Origin: Escherichia phage SKA64
Sequence record: OM362897.1
DNA: 64,000 nucleotides
Strand: one strand, 5' to 3'
This document shows, piece after piece, positions 7,448 through 14,950 of this stretch; position 1 is the stretch's first letter; every line of letters starts with the position of its first letter. A program made the translations under genes and the position numbers. The notes beneath the pieces are model-generated. The model searched no databases. It had not been told where the DNA came from and was given only the letters and a program-made list of their open reading frames with translations.

Positions 7448-7552
7448 TTATAGAATGATTGAAACAACAATTGCTACAGTGATCCACACTGGAACGGCTA
7501 ACAAAATAGCGTTAATCGTTCCAACCGTCAAACTATTTTCTTTATTAATCAT
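7448..7552 (-). CDS. small membrane peptide (34 aa, ...VWITVAIVVSIIL)
   Basis: hand-translated; AGAGG RBS; paralog of 2970..3089 with the same downstream junction. Confidence 0.45.
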   Translation of the reverse strand: MINKENSLTVGTINAILLAVPVWITVAIVVSIIL

Positions 7553-7579
7553 TGTAAGCCTCTTGCATAATTTCACTAT

Positions 7580-7599
7580 GAGCGGCACCATTGCCGCCC
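7580..7599 (-). promoter_or_regulatory. PeSL-like 5' leader stem-loop
   Basis: GCGGC-ACCATT-GCCGC hairpin. Confidence 0.55.
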
Positions 7600-7634
7600 T
7601 ACGTGGTAAATATTATGCCAGTGGCGGCGATATG

Positions 7635-8192
7635 TCAAAGACTATTTTCAAAGTTTTCTAGTGCGATCCTTTTTTCTTCCTCTGTTGGCTGATAATCAGG
7701 AAAAGCATCAACACACAACAACGGCGGGATCTCTTCGTACTCTTCCTCTTCCGTTGTCTCCTCGTCTTCCTCCTGGGCTATGGCTGCAATTTTGGCTAAT
7801 TTTCTTTCAGCTTGAATCAATTTACCATCAAGTACGTTTTTTGCCATATTGTAAGCGGTCCAGGTTATGCGCTTACTTTCTAATGCTTCCTCAAGCGCCG
7901 CTATCTTGCTGGGGTATTCATCCAGGACACGAAAAGCCGGATCAACTTTGTACAAAGGATTATCTTTCGCGCCGTCGCTCGCATCTTCCGCACTGGATAA
8001 ATCAGCGTTACCATTTGCCAGCCAGCCAGGGCGCACATAACGCGCTTTTACGTTGCCGTTACTACGTGCTAATCTGTTACCTATTTGCTCACCGCTATAT
8101 CCCGTGGATTCATCGATAAGATGATCGGTAATGATGCGCGGATCATCTGCTTCATGTTTTACCCAAGACTGGATCACATATTCGCGGCCCAT
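7635..8192 (-). CDS. hypothetical acidic protein (185 aa)
   Basis: ORF track; start set to ATG at 8190-8192 (AAGGTGG RBS 5 nt upstream); Glu/Asp-rich C-terminal region. Confidence 0.55.
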   Translation of the reverse strand: MGREYVIQSWVKHEADDPRIITDHLIDESTGYSGEQIGNRLARSNGNVKARYVRPGWLANGNADLSSAEDASDGAKDNPLYKVDPAFRVLDEYPSKIAALEEALESKRITWTAYNMAKNVLDGKLIQAERKLAKIAAIAQEEDEETTEEEEYEEIPPLLCVDAFPDYQPTEEEKRIALENFENSL

Positions 8193-8193
8193 A

Positions 8194-8451
8194 TTAACCA
8201 CCTTTTTTCAACAATTGGCATACTTTAAAAAGACTTGCTGAATCCTTGCAAGGGTAGAAAGATGTACGATAGTCACGTACGCCAACCTTGCGGATCTCGA
8301 TGTTCTCGCATGTTGTTTGATCAAAGATATTTATTTCATCATGCCCCCTTATATAAACATAGTGGGGATGTATTAACGCATATTTTGCTAATCTGTAAAA
8401 AGCGTTATCTTTGAACGCGATCACGTGACCTTTTAATTTGATGTAAAACAT
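8194..8451 (-). CDS. hypothetical protein (85 aa)
   Basis: ORF track; AAGGTGG RBS. Confidence 0.6.
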   Translation of the reverse strand: MFYIKLKGHVIAFKDNAFYRLAKYALIHPHYVYIRGHDEINIFDQTTCENIEIRKVGVRDYRTSFYPCKDSASLFKVCQLLKKGG

Positions 8452-8468
8452 TCTACCACCTTACAAAT

Positions 8469-8487
8469 AGCGGGAACTATTCCCGCT
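8469..8487 (-). promoter_or_regulatory. PeSL-like 5' leader stem-loop
   Basis: AGCGGGAA-CTA-TTCCCGCT hairpin. Confidence 0.5.
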
Positions 8488-8527
8488 TTATGTAACATAT
8501 TAACAAATTATTCGTTAATGTCAAGCC

Positions 8528-8800
8528 TTAAAGCAAAAACGCTACATCTTGCGCTTTTAGTGTAGTATCAACCATTTTCGGGCTTTTATAATCAACAAAG
8601 CGCGCGGTTTTTTCAATAGCGAAACCGAGATAATCTTGTTTATTGAATTTACATTCTTTCTTAAATGTTTCCCGCGCCACGGTGATCGCTGCGTCCAGGG
8701 ATAAACGCCCGTCAATGTTGATATTTGCGAAAGATCCGCCACCGCTCATAGGTTTACCAGTGGTGCCAGTTACGATCATTGTTGCGCTATATGATGCCAT
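8528..8800 (-). CDS. hypothetical protein (90 aa)
   Basis: ORF track; AAGAGAGAAA RBS-like. Confidence 0.55.
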   Translation of the reverse strand: MASYSATMIVTGTTGKPMSGGGSFANINIDGRLSLDAAITVARETFKKECKFNKQDYLGFAIEKTARFVDYKSPKMVDTTLKAQDVAFLL

Positions 8801-8821
8801 GATGATTTCTCTCTTCTGTTA

Positions 8822-8842
8822 GGCGGGGCGCTTGTCGCCCCT
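8822..8842 (-). promoter_or_regulatory. PeSL-like 5' leader stem-loop
   Basis: GGGGCG-CTTGT-CGCCCC hairpin, near-identical to copy at 2739-2760. Confidence 0.55.
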
Positions 8843-8884
8843 ATGTGATACATCTTATCAGGTTGTGGCTTGTTGTCAAGACTT

Positions 8885-9082
8885 TTATTCTATTCCTGCA
8901 ATCTGCTTAACGCGCTTGCATTTTGCAGTATGCTGATCTTCTGTAATTACTCCCATTTCTAACAGTGAATCAATGAAAGATAAAACCGTTTCATGATCAT
9001 CTTGGGGATGACTGAACTCAGTAAAACCGTTTACTATTACGTTGATTTGTCCAGCTTTCGCCACAATGTGCAATGTTGCCAT
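8885..9082 (-). CDS. hypothetical protein (65 aa)
   Basis: track ORF trimmed to ATG at 9080-9082 with GGAG RBS. Confidence 0.5.
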   Translation of the reverse strand: MATLHIVAKAGQINVIVNGFTEFSHPQDDHETVLSFIDSLLEMGVITEDQHTAKCKRVKQIAGIE

Positions 9083-9101
9083 GATCTTAACTCCAAATAG
9101 T

Positions 9102-9121
9102 GAGCGGCACCATTGCCGCCC
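9102..9121 (-). promoter_or_regulatory. PeSL-like 5' leader stem-loop
   Basis: GCGGC-ACCATT-GCCGC hairpin; minus-strand TTGACG-N17-TAATAT upstream. Confidence 0.55.
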
Positions 9122-9268
9122 TACGTGGTAAATATTATGCCGCCACCTGGCGAACGTCAACCACTTTTTCAATCTTTTTATTTTCTTTTTGCTTGCTATA
9201 TATAAAGGAAAGGGCTATCATCTTTCTACCGCGCCAACCAGGGCGCACAACAAAGAAAGGGCGACACC

Positions 9269-9535
9269 ATGACAAATACTACATTACACCTTATGCACTC
9301 ATTGGGCTGGCAAGGCGGCACGGTGCACCAGGTAGCAAGCGCAACGGGCTTAAAGGTTGAAACCGTTCTCAACCTATCAGATTATAAGGTCGAGGATAGT
9401 TATCAATTACAAAGTTACACGGGCGGTTTTACCTGGGCGCGTGAAGGTGGGAAAGAAAGCAATATACCACATTGGGGAAAAGGTGATATTCATTTTTGGC
9501 TAGGTGTCCTGACCTGGCAAGAAAACAAAAAATAA
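9269..9535 (+). CDS. hypothetical protein (88 aa)
   Basis: ORF track; AAAGGG 8 nt before ATG; isolated plus-strand gene. Confidence 0.45.
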   Translation: MTNTTLHLMHSLGWQGGTVHQVASATGLKVETVLNLSDYKVEDSYQLQSYTGGFTWAREGGKESNIPHWGKGDIHFWLGVLTWQENKK

Positions 9536-9537
9536 TC

Positions 9538-9566
9538 TTGACAAGCCCAGGGATCGGGCTTATACT
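9538..9566 (+). promoter_or_regulatory. consensus sigma70 promoter
   Basis: TTGACA-N17-TATACT; spacer is a GATC-centred palindrome AGCCCAGGGATCGGGCT. Confidence 0.65.
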
Positions 9567-9573
9567 GTTTTAC

Positions 9574-9790
9574 ATACAGAAGAGGAAGCGCCACCCCACG
9601 GCGTAAAGGCGGGGCTAACATACCAGGGGCACTGGTTGGAAGGTTGATCGCCGGTAGGCTGGGCGCTATATATTTGTAAAGAAATGTAAAGATAAAATAA
9701 TCGCTTGCTTTCCTGGGTGGATCTGTTATTCTTATTACATGGCGAGGGGACACGGGAGCGCGAGACAAACACCGCCCCTGCGCGTCATTC
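9574..9790 (+). ncRNA. candidate structured non-coding transcript (GC-rich leader)
   Basis: starts at consensus promoter; GC-rich islands with local hairpins (ACCAG-GGGCA-CTGGT at 9621-9635) in an AT-rich genome; no RBS-led ORF. Confidence 0.3.
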
Positions 9791-9797
9791 TCTAAAT

Positions 9798-9816
9798 GAG
9801 AATGATTATCATTTAC
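9798..9816. promoter_or_regulatory. Fur-box-like palindrome
   Basis: GAGAATGATTATCATTTAC matches 15 of 19 positions of GATAATGATAATCATTATC. Confidence 0.35.
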
Positions 9817-9855
9817 CTTATCAAATAAGAATCAATCTCATTTATAAACCTAAAT

Positions 9856-9874
9856 GCGAATCATTATCATTTGC
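9856..9874. promoter_or_regulatory. Fur-box-like palindrome (second copy)
   Basis: GCGAATCATTATCATTTGC; AAATGC...GCATTT inverted repeat. Confidence 0.3.
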
Positions 9875-9919
9875 ATTTCCATATGAGAACTCTTCTCATT
9901 CCCATCTGCATAAATTTTT

Positions 9920-9980
9920 GTAAACTTTAAATTTTGCTTTTGTACTTTCATTTTTGTAAAAGCAAAAAAACTTTAAATAC
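9920..9980. repeat. AT-rich direct repeat, copy 1
   Basis: about 58 bp, roughly 80% identical to 10058-10118. Confidence 0.55.
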
Positions 9981-10012
9981 TGTGGGCGCGCAAAATTTTT
10001 AAAATTTTCCTT

Positions 10013-10160
10013 GATTTTTGAGTTTTGTTTTGTATCTGACATTTTAAGATAATTTTCCTAAACTTTAAATTTTGGTTTTCAACTTTCACTTTTGTAAATT
10101 CTTAAAAAGTTTAAATAATTTGAGGGATTTTTGAGATAATAGGTAATGGGAATTTGAGAT
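10013..10160. repeat. iteron-like short repeats (GATTTTTGAG x3)
   Basis: GATTTTTGAG at 10013-10022 and 10126-10135, ATTTGAGAT at 10152-10160. Confidence 0.4.
10058..10118. repeat. AT-rich direct repeat, copy 2
   Basis: second copy of AAACTTTAAATTTTG...TTTTGTAAA...TTTAAATA block. Confidence 0.55.
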
Positions 10161-10246
10161 AACCTTTAATCTTATTGGCAGACCTTCAGGAACCCACTCA
10201 GATCGAATCCTAGTGATGCAAACTGAAAAAGACAAGGGTTTGTATA

Positions 10247-10296
10247 GGACAAAATAATAGGCTCTCTACGGTGCTGTAGGAGCCTTATTTCTGTGC
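10247..10296. terminator. bidirectional rho-independent terminator candidate
   Basis: AGGCTCTCTAC...GTAGGAGCCT hairpin (10259-10285) flanked by A-tract and T-tract; sits after minus-strand gene ending at 10341. Confidence 0.5.
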
Positions 10297-10340
10297 TACA
10301 AAGTGACGCCTTTGTTCTAAAAATGAAAAAAGTTAAAATA

Positions 10341-10883
10341 TCACAAATATCGTCTTTGCGGTATTTTGTCTGGGAAAAGTATTTCGATCAGTTTGTTATG
10401 ATATTTACCTAAAAGATTTTGCCCTTTCCAGTTGACCGGATTTAGCACCCCTGGTTCATACATTCCCATTCCAATACCGTAAACCTTATCGTAAGGACTT
10501 GCTTCAACAAACGTTTTGTATTGGTAAAGGTGTAAGTCTGCATACAAATCTGGATTCTGTACATATTTCAAGCATAAACCTCGCATAACAATACGCTCAC
10601 GGTTCTCTTCCCATACATTGTTATCAAAATCCGACACTGCCCTACCCATACGTTTGTAATAAGCCTGGATCTTCTCATCTTTCCGTATCAAACTATGAGT
10701 CAGAATAGCCTGTGCAGTGTTGTGATCATTAAAAAGCAAAGCTTTACGCCACATCATGTATTGTTCGACACAATTAAATGTCTGATTGTAACCTGGTTCG
10801 GTTTCTGTAAAGGGTGCAATATACCAATTACTAAAAACATCTTTATGTGAAAAGAAGAATACATAATCATCAGTTATTCGCAT
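10341..10883 (-). CDS. NADAR-domain protein (YbiA-like, putative ADP-ribose N-glycosidase)
   Basis: motifs FFFSHKDVFSNWY, EQYMMWRKALLF, YDKVYGIGMG resemble NADAR/YbiA family. Confidence 0.65.
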   Translation of the reverse strand: MRITDDYVFFFSHKDVFSNWYIAPFTETEPGYNQTFNCVEQYMMWRKALLFNDHNTAQAILTHSLIRKDEKIQAYYKRMGRAVSDFDNNVWEENRERIVMRGLCLKYVQNPDLYADLHLYQYKTFVEASPYDKVYGIGMGMYEPGVLNPVNWKGQNLLGKYHNKLIEILFPDKIPQRRYL

Positions 10884-11058
10884 TTTTCATACTCTCCAAA
10901 ATTTCACGTTGCCCTTGCTGATAGGCTTTCATCAGAACTACTTTAAGGTTTGTCTCCAAGAGGTCTTCATTGTAATTATACCGCTCCACAACATATGTCA
11001 ATTCATCATAAAGATCAAGAACGGGGTAGAATACAGGGTTATCTGCTAAACGTGCCAT
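10870..11058 (-). CDS. hypothetical protein (62 aa)
   Basis: track ORF trimmed to ATG with AAAGGAGAAA RBS. Confidence 0.5.
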   Translation of the reverse strand: MARLADNPVFYPVLDLYDELTYVVERYNYNEDLLETNLKVVLMKAYQQGQREILESMKNANN

Positions 11059-11071
11059 AGTTTCTCCTTTG

Positions 11072-11437
11072 TTAATCCATCCACCAGTAGCCATAAACTG
11101 CGTCTGCGTCGATGAGTTTGTGTTTGTTGTTCCGCATGTAGTCTAAGATAAGTAGACGTTTATTGTATCTGGAGAGATTATGACCCTCTTTTCCGCCATA
11201 GTCAAAATATTTTGCAAGATCTTTGCACTCAAACAAAATTAGTTCGGGAGTTTCTTCACACTGGTCTGTCTGGTACACTTGACGAATGATCATGTATACA
11301 TCATCGTCTTCCGCTAAATGCTCTACTGGTCCACATCCAGCAGGAACAAATTCATAGTCCCATCTGATCAGATGTTTCTCTACTGCTTCAAAGAAGTCCA
11401 TTCTTTCGTTGCGCATAATTTGAACGTCAACTAACAT
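11072..11437 (-). CDS. hypothetical protein (121 aa)
   Basis: ORF track; CAGGAGGAAAC RBS; start overlaps upstream stop. Confidence 0.6.
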   Translation of the reverse strand: MLVDVQIMRNERMDFFEAVEKHLIRWDYEFVPAGCGPVEHLAEDDDVYMIIRQVYQTDQCEETPELILFECKDLAKYFDYGGKEGHNLSRYNKRLLILDYMRNNKHKLIDADAVYGYWWMD

Positions 11438-12411
11438 GTTTCCTCCTGTAATATTCCACCATAAAGTTTATAAATGTTTTGTATTGATGCCATGCAAGAT
11501 AACTCTACTGTTTCTGTGTAGCCATCTGGCATAGCATATTTGCTCACTGCTTCCGTATCAAGAATACGCTTACAACGACTCTCTGCATCTTTGCACTGCT
11601 TAACAGTAGGGAAGTGCCACACTTGGTGTTGTTTCATAGTTAACACATTATGGCTATTTTGTTCTTTAATACGCCTATCGCTATCTTTAGTAATGCCAAA
11701 TTTCAAGGCACAGAGAACACCTTGTTCATCATAGACATAGTTAATGTAACATTGCTGTTGATTTTTGTTAGCACAATGCGGACAACCTTGACCCAGGTTT
11801 AATAAGCTATTAGCACTCCCTATATGCTCCCCGTGATCCTTACACCCATATTTAAACTTCCCTATTGATGAGGGTTTACTGATCCACTCTATCCAGATAT
11901 ATCCTTTACTTTCTAAACCTTTTCTCACTTTGTAGGTGATTTGTTCGTCTGTATAATGATAATTTTTAGAACAACGGCAAGGGAGACTCCCTCTTTTAAG
12001 GTTATTCCCTTGTGCATAAAACCTGCCATCACAGACGTGAGCTTGCACATATTCATCATGGGAACATTTAGGACATTCAACCATCCAGATAATACTCTTC
12101 CCTTTACGTTTGCCTGTATTGGTGAAGATAGTTCCAGGCTTAAACTTCCCTGTACTTATGAAATTTTGTATGTGCTGATTGTCTGGAATAGCTTTTGCTT
12201 TACTTATTTTATCATACACACAGGTAGGGCAACCAGTACCCCGTTTAAAGTTATAAAAACAGCATGTATTCCATTCATGACCATGACTACAACGTAGGAT
12301 CATCTTCGTATGCGCACCTTTAAACGGCTCTACGATACCTATAATGGTAATCCCCTTAGTTTCCGCTATTGGTTTACATTCTTCCATGTACTGTTCTAAC
12401 GTCTTTGCCAT
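11431..12411 (-). CDS. Zn-ribbon repeat protein with C-terminal GIY-YIG/T5orf172-like domain
   Basis: three CxxC/CxxH pairs; C-terminal YINYVYDEQG...KFGITKDSDRRIKE resembles GIY-YIG-like nuclease folds. Confidence 0.4.
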   Translation of the reverse strand: MAKTLEQYMEECKPIAETKGITIIGIVEPFKGAHTKMILRCSHGHEWNTCCFYNFKRGTGCPTCVYDKISKAKAIPDNQHIQNFISTGKFKPGTIFTNTGKRKGKSIIWMVECPKCSHDEYVQAHVCDGRFYAQGNNLKRGSLPCRCSKNYHYTDEQITYKVRKGLESKGYIWIEWISKPSSIGKFKYGCKDHGEHIGSANSLLNLGQGCPHCANKNQQQCYINYVYDEQGVLCALKFGITKDSDRRIKEQNSHNVLTMKQHQVWHFPTVKQCKDAESRCKRILDTEAVSKYAMPDGYTETVELSCMASIQNIYKLYGGILQEETC

Positions 12412-12440
12412 CTCTAACGATCCTCTCTCTCTATTAAACT

Positions 12441-12475
12441 AAAATCAATATAACAAAACCCGCCGAAGCGGGTTT
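12441..12475 (-). terminator. rho-independent terminator candidate (minus strand)
   Basis: AAACCCGC-CGAA-GCGGGTTT hairpin followed on minus strand by TGTTATATTGATTTT. Confidence 0.55.
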
Positions 12476-12491
12476 AATAAATCTCAACTTA

Positions 12492-13631
12492 TTAGAACAC
12501 GCTACCTAATGTGGTGGAACGTTGTGTTACAGGCTCCAGCACCACTCGCAGAGTGTTTCCTGGTGTAGTGCTCATCACCAGAATCTTACCACCTTCAATC
12601 AGATCACAAGTTAGACCATCAGCAGTTGCACATAGATCAATATGTGGATCACCATCTTCATCCAGGATAACATAACTGTTGGTTTCCATTGCTTCCACTT
12701 CATCATCTTTCAAACTTTGTAGATAGATGTTCAGGGAACAAGCACCCGACAAAAACTTAGTAGGGGTGAAGTCGTGCCAGTTATTGATCCAATTCACCTT
12801 CAAGGTTTTGCCATTAGCTACGATAGAAGCCACATTCCATTTAGCATCGTTCCCTAAAGAAATACCCATCATTTCAAGACATTCTTTAAAAGTCATTTTT
12901 GGATAGAAATTCAATTCTTCTACAATGCCTTGAATAACATCGAAAGACAACTCTGTGCTAACATCCCATAAACGTTGGAAGTTATCTACGTGCTTTTTAT
13001 TTACCAAGTTCTTATCCAAGTAATCTAACATAGTTTCACTAGACAGTTTATCGTAATTGAAACTGTAGTAGATACGACTAGGACGGTTTACAAAATATTC
13101 CGAGATATAGCCACTATTTTTAGTGAGGATGTAAAGTTTATTTCCACTTCCTGTTCCATCCAACAAGGTCAACAGTGCTTCCTGATCTTCTTTCTTAGCG
13201 TACACTTTATCAAACTCGTCAAATAAAACAACAGCACGATCTGTAATTTTACTCATAAATTCTAAGAATCCAGCGTCTGTGTAAGGCTGTGTCACCAAAA
13301 TGGTTGGAATACCTAAACCTTCTGTGGACATTAGGGACATGCTAATCAGTTTAGCTAACATCGTCTTACCACTGCCCTTTGTCCCTGTCAGTAACACCCC
13401 AGTATTTTTACCTTCTTTACTACGACGAGCAAATGTTTTAATAACATGTGCGGCGCGGTCTTTAGTTTCCCCATAAAGAGTGTTCGGAAGAGAGAAACTT
13501 TCGCCACGCACTAAAGAGTAGTTACCGTGCGGATCGCAGTTGACAACCCAAACTCCAGCAGGAAGTTTATTAGCTTCAACACCATATTCCTTATTTACAA
13601 CAGCCACATCTCCAAAAATAGTGTATTTCAT
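12492..13631 (-). CDS. AAA+ family ATPase
   Basis: Walker A GTKGSGKT, Walker B VVLFDEFDK; 379 aa. Confidence 0.65.
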   Translation of the reverse strand: MKYTIFGDVAVVNKEYGVEANKLPAGVWVVNCDPHGNYSLVRGESFSLPNTLYGETKDRAAHVIKTFARRSKEGKNTGVLLTGTKGSGKTMLAKLISMSLMSTEGLGIPTILVTQPYTDAGFLEFMSKITDRAVVLFDEFDKVYAKKEDQEALLTLLDGTGSGNKLYILTKNSGYISEYFVNRPSRIYYSFNYDKLSSETMLDYLDKNLVNKKHVDNFQRLWDVSTELSFDVIQGIVEELNFYPKMTFKECLEMMGISLGNDAKWNVASIVANGKTLKVNWINNWHDFTPTKFLSGACSLNIYLQSLKDDEVEAMETNSYVILDEDGDPHIDLCATADGLTCDLIEGGKILVMSTTPGNTLRVVLEPVTQRSTTLGSVF

Positions 13632-13987
13632 TAGAACGTTTCTCCTTTTAAAATAATTACTGTAAACTTTGCAGTTTTTTCACTCTTAATATTCTTGATT
13701 AATAAGTACTCTCCTCCAGGTGCATCTTTGTATTGTTTAATAGCTACTATTTCATTTTTGCAAGTAGCTATAATCGAATAAAAAGGACGTTCCGTGTTAT
13801 CTTCTTTTCCTGTATATGCCTCAACATCTTTGCACTCTTCTAGAACACCATTCCCAGGTGTATAGTAAAACTTGTTGCCTGTGATCACAACATCTTTACC
13901 AATATCCGTTTTAACTGCTACAAATTTTTGAGCATAAGTGGTGAAGCTTACGGTAGCCAGCAATGTGGCTAAGATTAATTTTTTCAT
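13631..13987 (-). CDS. secreted/periplasmic protein (118 aa)
   Basis: start set to ATG at 13985-13987 (AGGAGGGAAG RBS); signal peptide MKKLILATLLATVSFTTYAQ. Confidence 0.55.
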   Translation of the reverse strand: MKKLILATLLATVSFTTYAQKFVAVKTDIGKDVVITGNKFYYTPGNGVLEECKDVEAYTGKEDNTERPFYSIIATCKNEIVAIKQYKDAPGGEYLLIKNIKSEKTAKFTVIILKGETF

Positions 13988-13998
13988 AAACTTCCCTC

Positions 13999-14163
13999 CT
14001 ATTCCCACAACATACAAATCGCAGCGACAAACATATTAGCAATAGCCGCACCAAGAACTATAAACATCGCCAGTTCAGAACAATATTCACCAACCAGAGG
14101 GGATACTATTGCACAGAGTAATCCCAATGTCAAACACAAGTTGATGATGAAGTTTAAAATCAT
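13999..14163 (-). CDS. small membrane protein (54 aa)
   Basis: hand-translated; TAAGGAGAGAAT RBS; two hydrophobic segments. Confidence 0.45.
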   Translation of the reverse strand: MILNFIINLCLTLGLLCAIVSPLVGEYCSELAMFIVLGAAIANMFVAAICMLWE

Positions 14164-14172
14164 ATTCTCTCC

Positions 14173-14337
14173 TTACAACCAACCTTTTGCCTGATAGCCT
14201 TTAGAAAATCCATCTTCCCATTCTTCGAATTCCTTTTTGTGTGTCATTGGACAATATGGATTTACTTTATTAAACATACCAAACTTGAACCCTGCGGTAT
14301 ACCCCTTCTTAAAAGCTATTGATTCTAAAGAGATCAT
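14173..14337 (-). CDS. hypothetical protein (54 aa)
   Basis: track ORF trimmed to ATG with AAGAGGAGAAAG RBS. Confidence 0.5.
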   Translation of the reverse strand: MISLESIAFKKGYTAGFKFGMFNKVNPYCPMTHKKEFEEWEDGFSKGYQAKGWL

Positions 14338-14350
14338 ATTCTTTCTCCTC

Positions 14351-14602
14351 TTAGAACTCGACAATGATTTTGTCTAAGTGTTCTGCTTCAACTTGGGATA
14401 ATGTTAACACCTGCACCAAACCTCTGTCAATACCAATTTTAATGACTTGCAAATAATTACCAAAAAGATCTGATAAAGAAATAGCATGTTCCGTAACTAC
14501 AATAACTTCATTACCTTTAGTGTATTCTTTCCACACCCGACCACATTTATAAATGTAATCTTTTTGATCTTCAGTAATCATTTTAGGTTTGATACTTAAC
14601 AT
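14351..14602 (-). CDS. hypothetical protein (83 aa)
   Basis: ORF track; start overlaps upstream stop (TAATG). Confidence 0.55.
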   Translation of the reverse strand: MLSIKPKMITEDQKDYIYKCGRVWKEYTKGNEVIVVTEHAISLSDLFGNYLQVIKIGIDRGLVQVLTLSQVEAEHLDKIIVEF

Positions 14603-14940
14603 TACATACTCCCGTATTCTGGTTCAATATTATGTTTACGACAAATGGTATCCCAACGTTCATTACCAAAACTTCTTCCATGTAGAGCGTTAAATGCGAA
14701 ATGCTCTGCCAACCACAATACTACATCATCAGGATCTGTGTCAAGAGGAATTCTAAACTCTCGATCATAACGCATACGCAGAATAAAATCCTTATCATCT
14801 TCAAGGAGATACATGTGACTTTTAGCCCGTGATGCCAAATCAAAGAAAGGAGGCTCATCTTTCCAAATGTGACGCTCAACTTCAACACCATGATCAACTA
14901 CCAGAGTAGCGATCACCTCTCTCATTTCTTTACTAAACAT
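14602..14940 (-). CDS. hypothetical protein (112 aa)
   Basis: track ORF trimmed to ATG with GGAGG RBS. Confidence 0.55.
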   Translation of the reverse strand: MFSKEMREVIATLVVDHGVEVERHIWKDEPPFFDLASRAKSHMYLLEDDKDFILRMRYDREFRIPLDTDPDDVVLWLAEHFAFNALHGRSFGNERWDTICRKHNIEPEYGSM

Positions 14941-14950
14941 ATTACCTCCA

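Noticed and set aside
7661-8119. 152-aa plus-strand ORF
   Set aside because: Antisense to minus-strand gene 7635..8192; no RBS and no promoter in the right orientation.
100-9130. GC hairpins as rho-independent terminators or as a CRISPR-like repeat array
   Set aside because: They have no U-tract and are followed directly by RBS and ATG, and the intervening sequences are whole genes with their own promoters; no cas genes.
9490-9772. Minus-strand ORFs 9490..9768 and 9560..9772 in the GC-rich leader
   Set aside because: No RBS; they overlap the plus-strand promoter and the end of gene 9269..9535; GC-rich structure rather than coding.
10196-10215. tRNA T-loop-like string GATCGAATCC
   Set aside because: No flanking acceptor, D or anticodon stems could be built; the GC-rich 9586-9666 segment was also tested and lacks the T-loop and U8.
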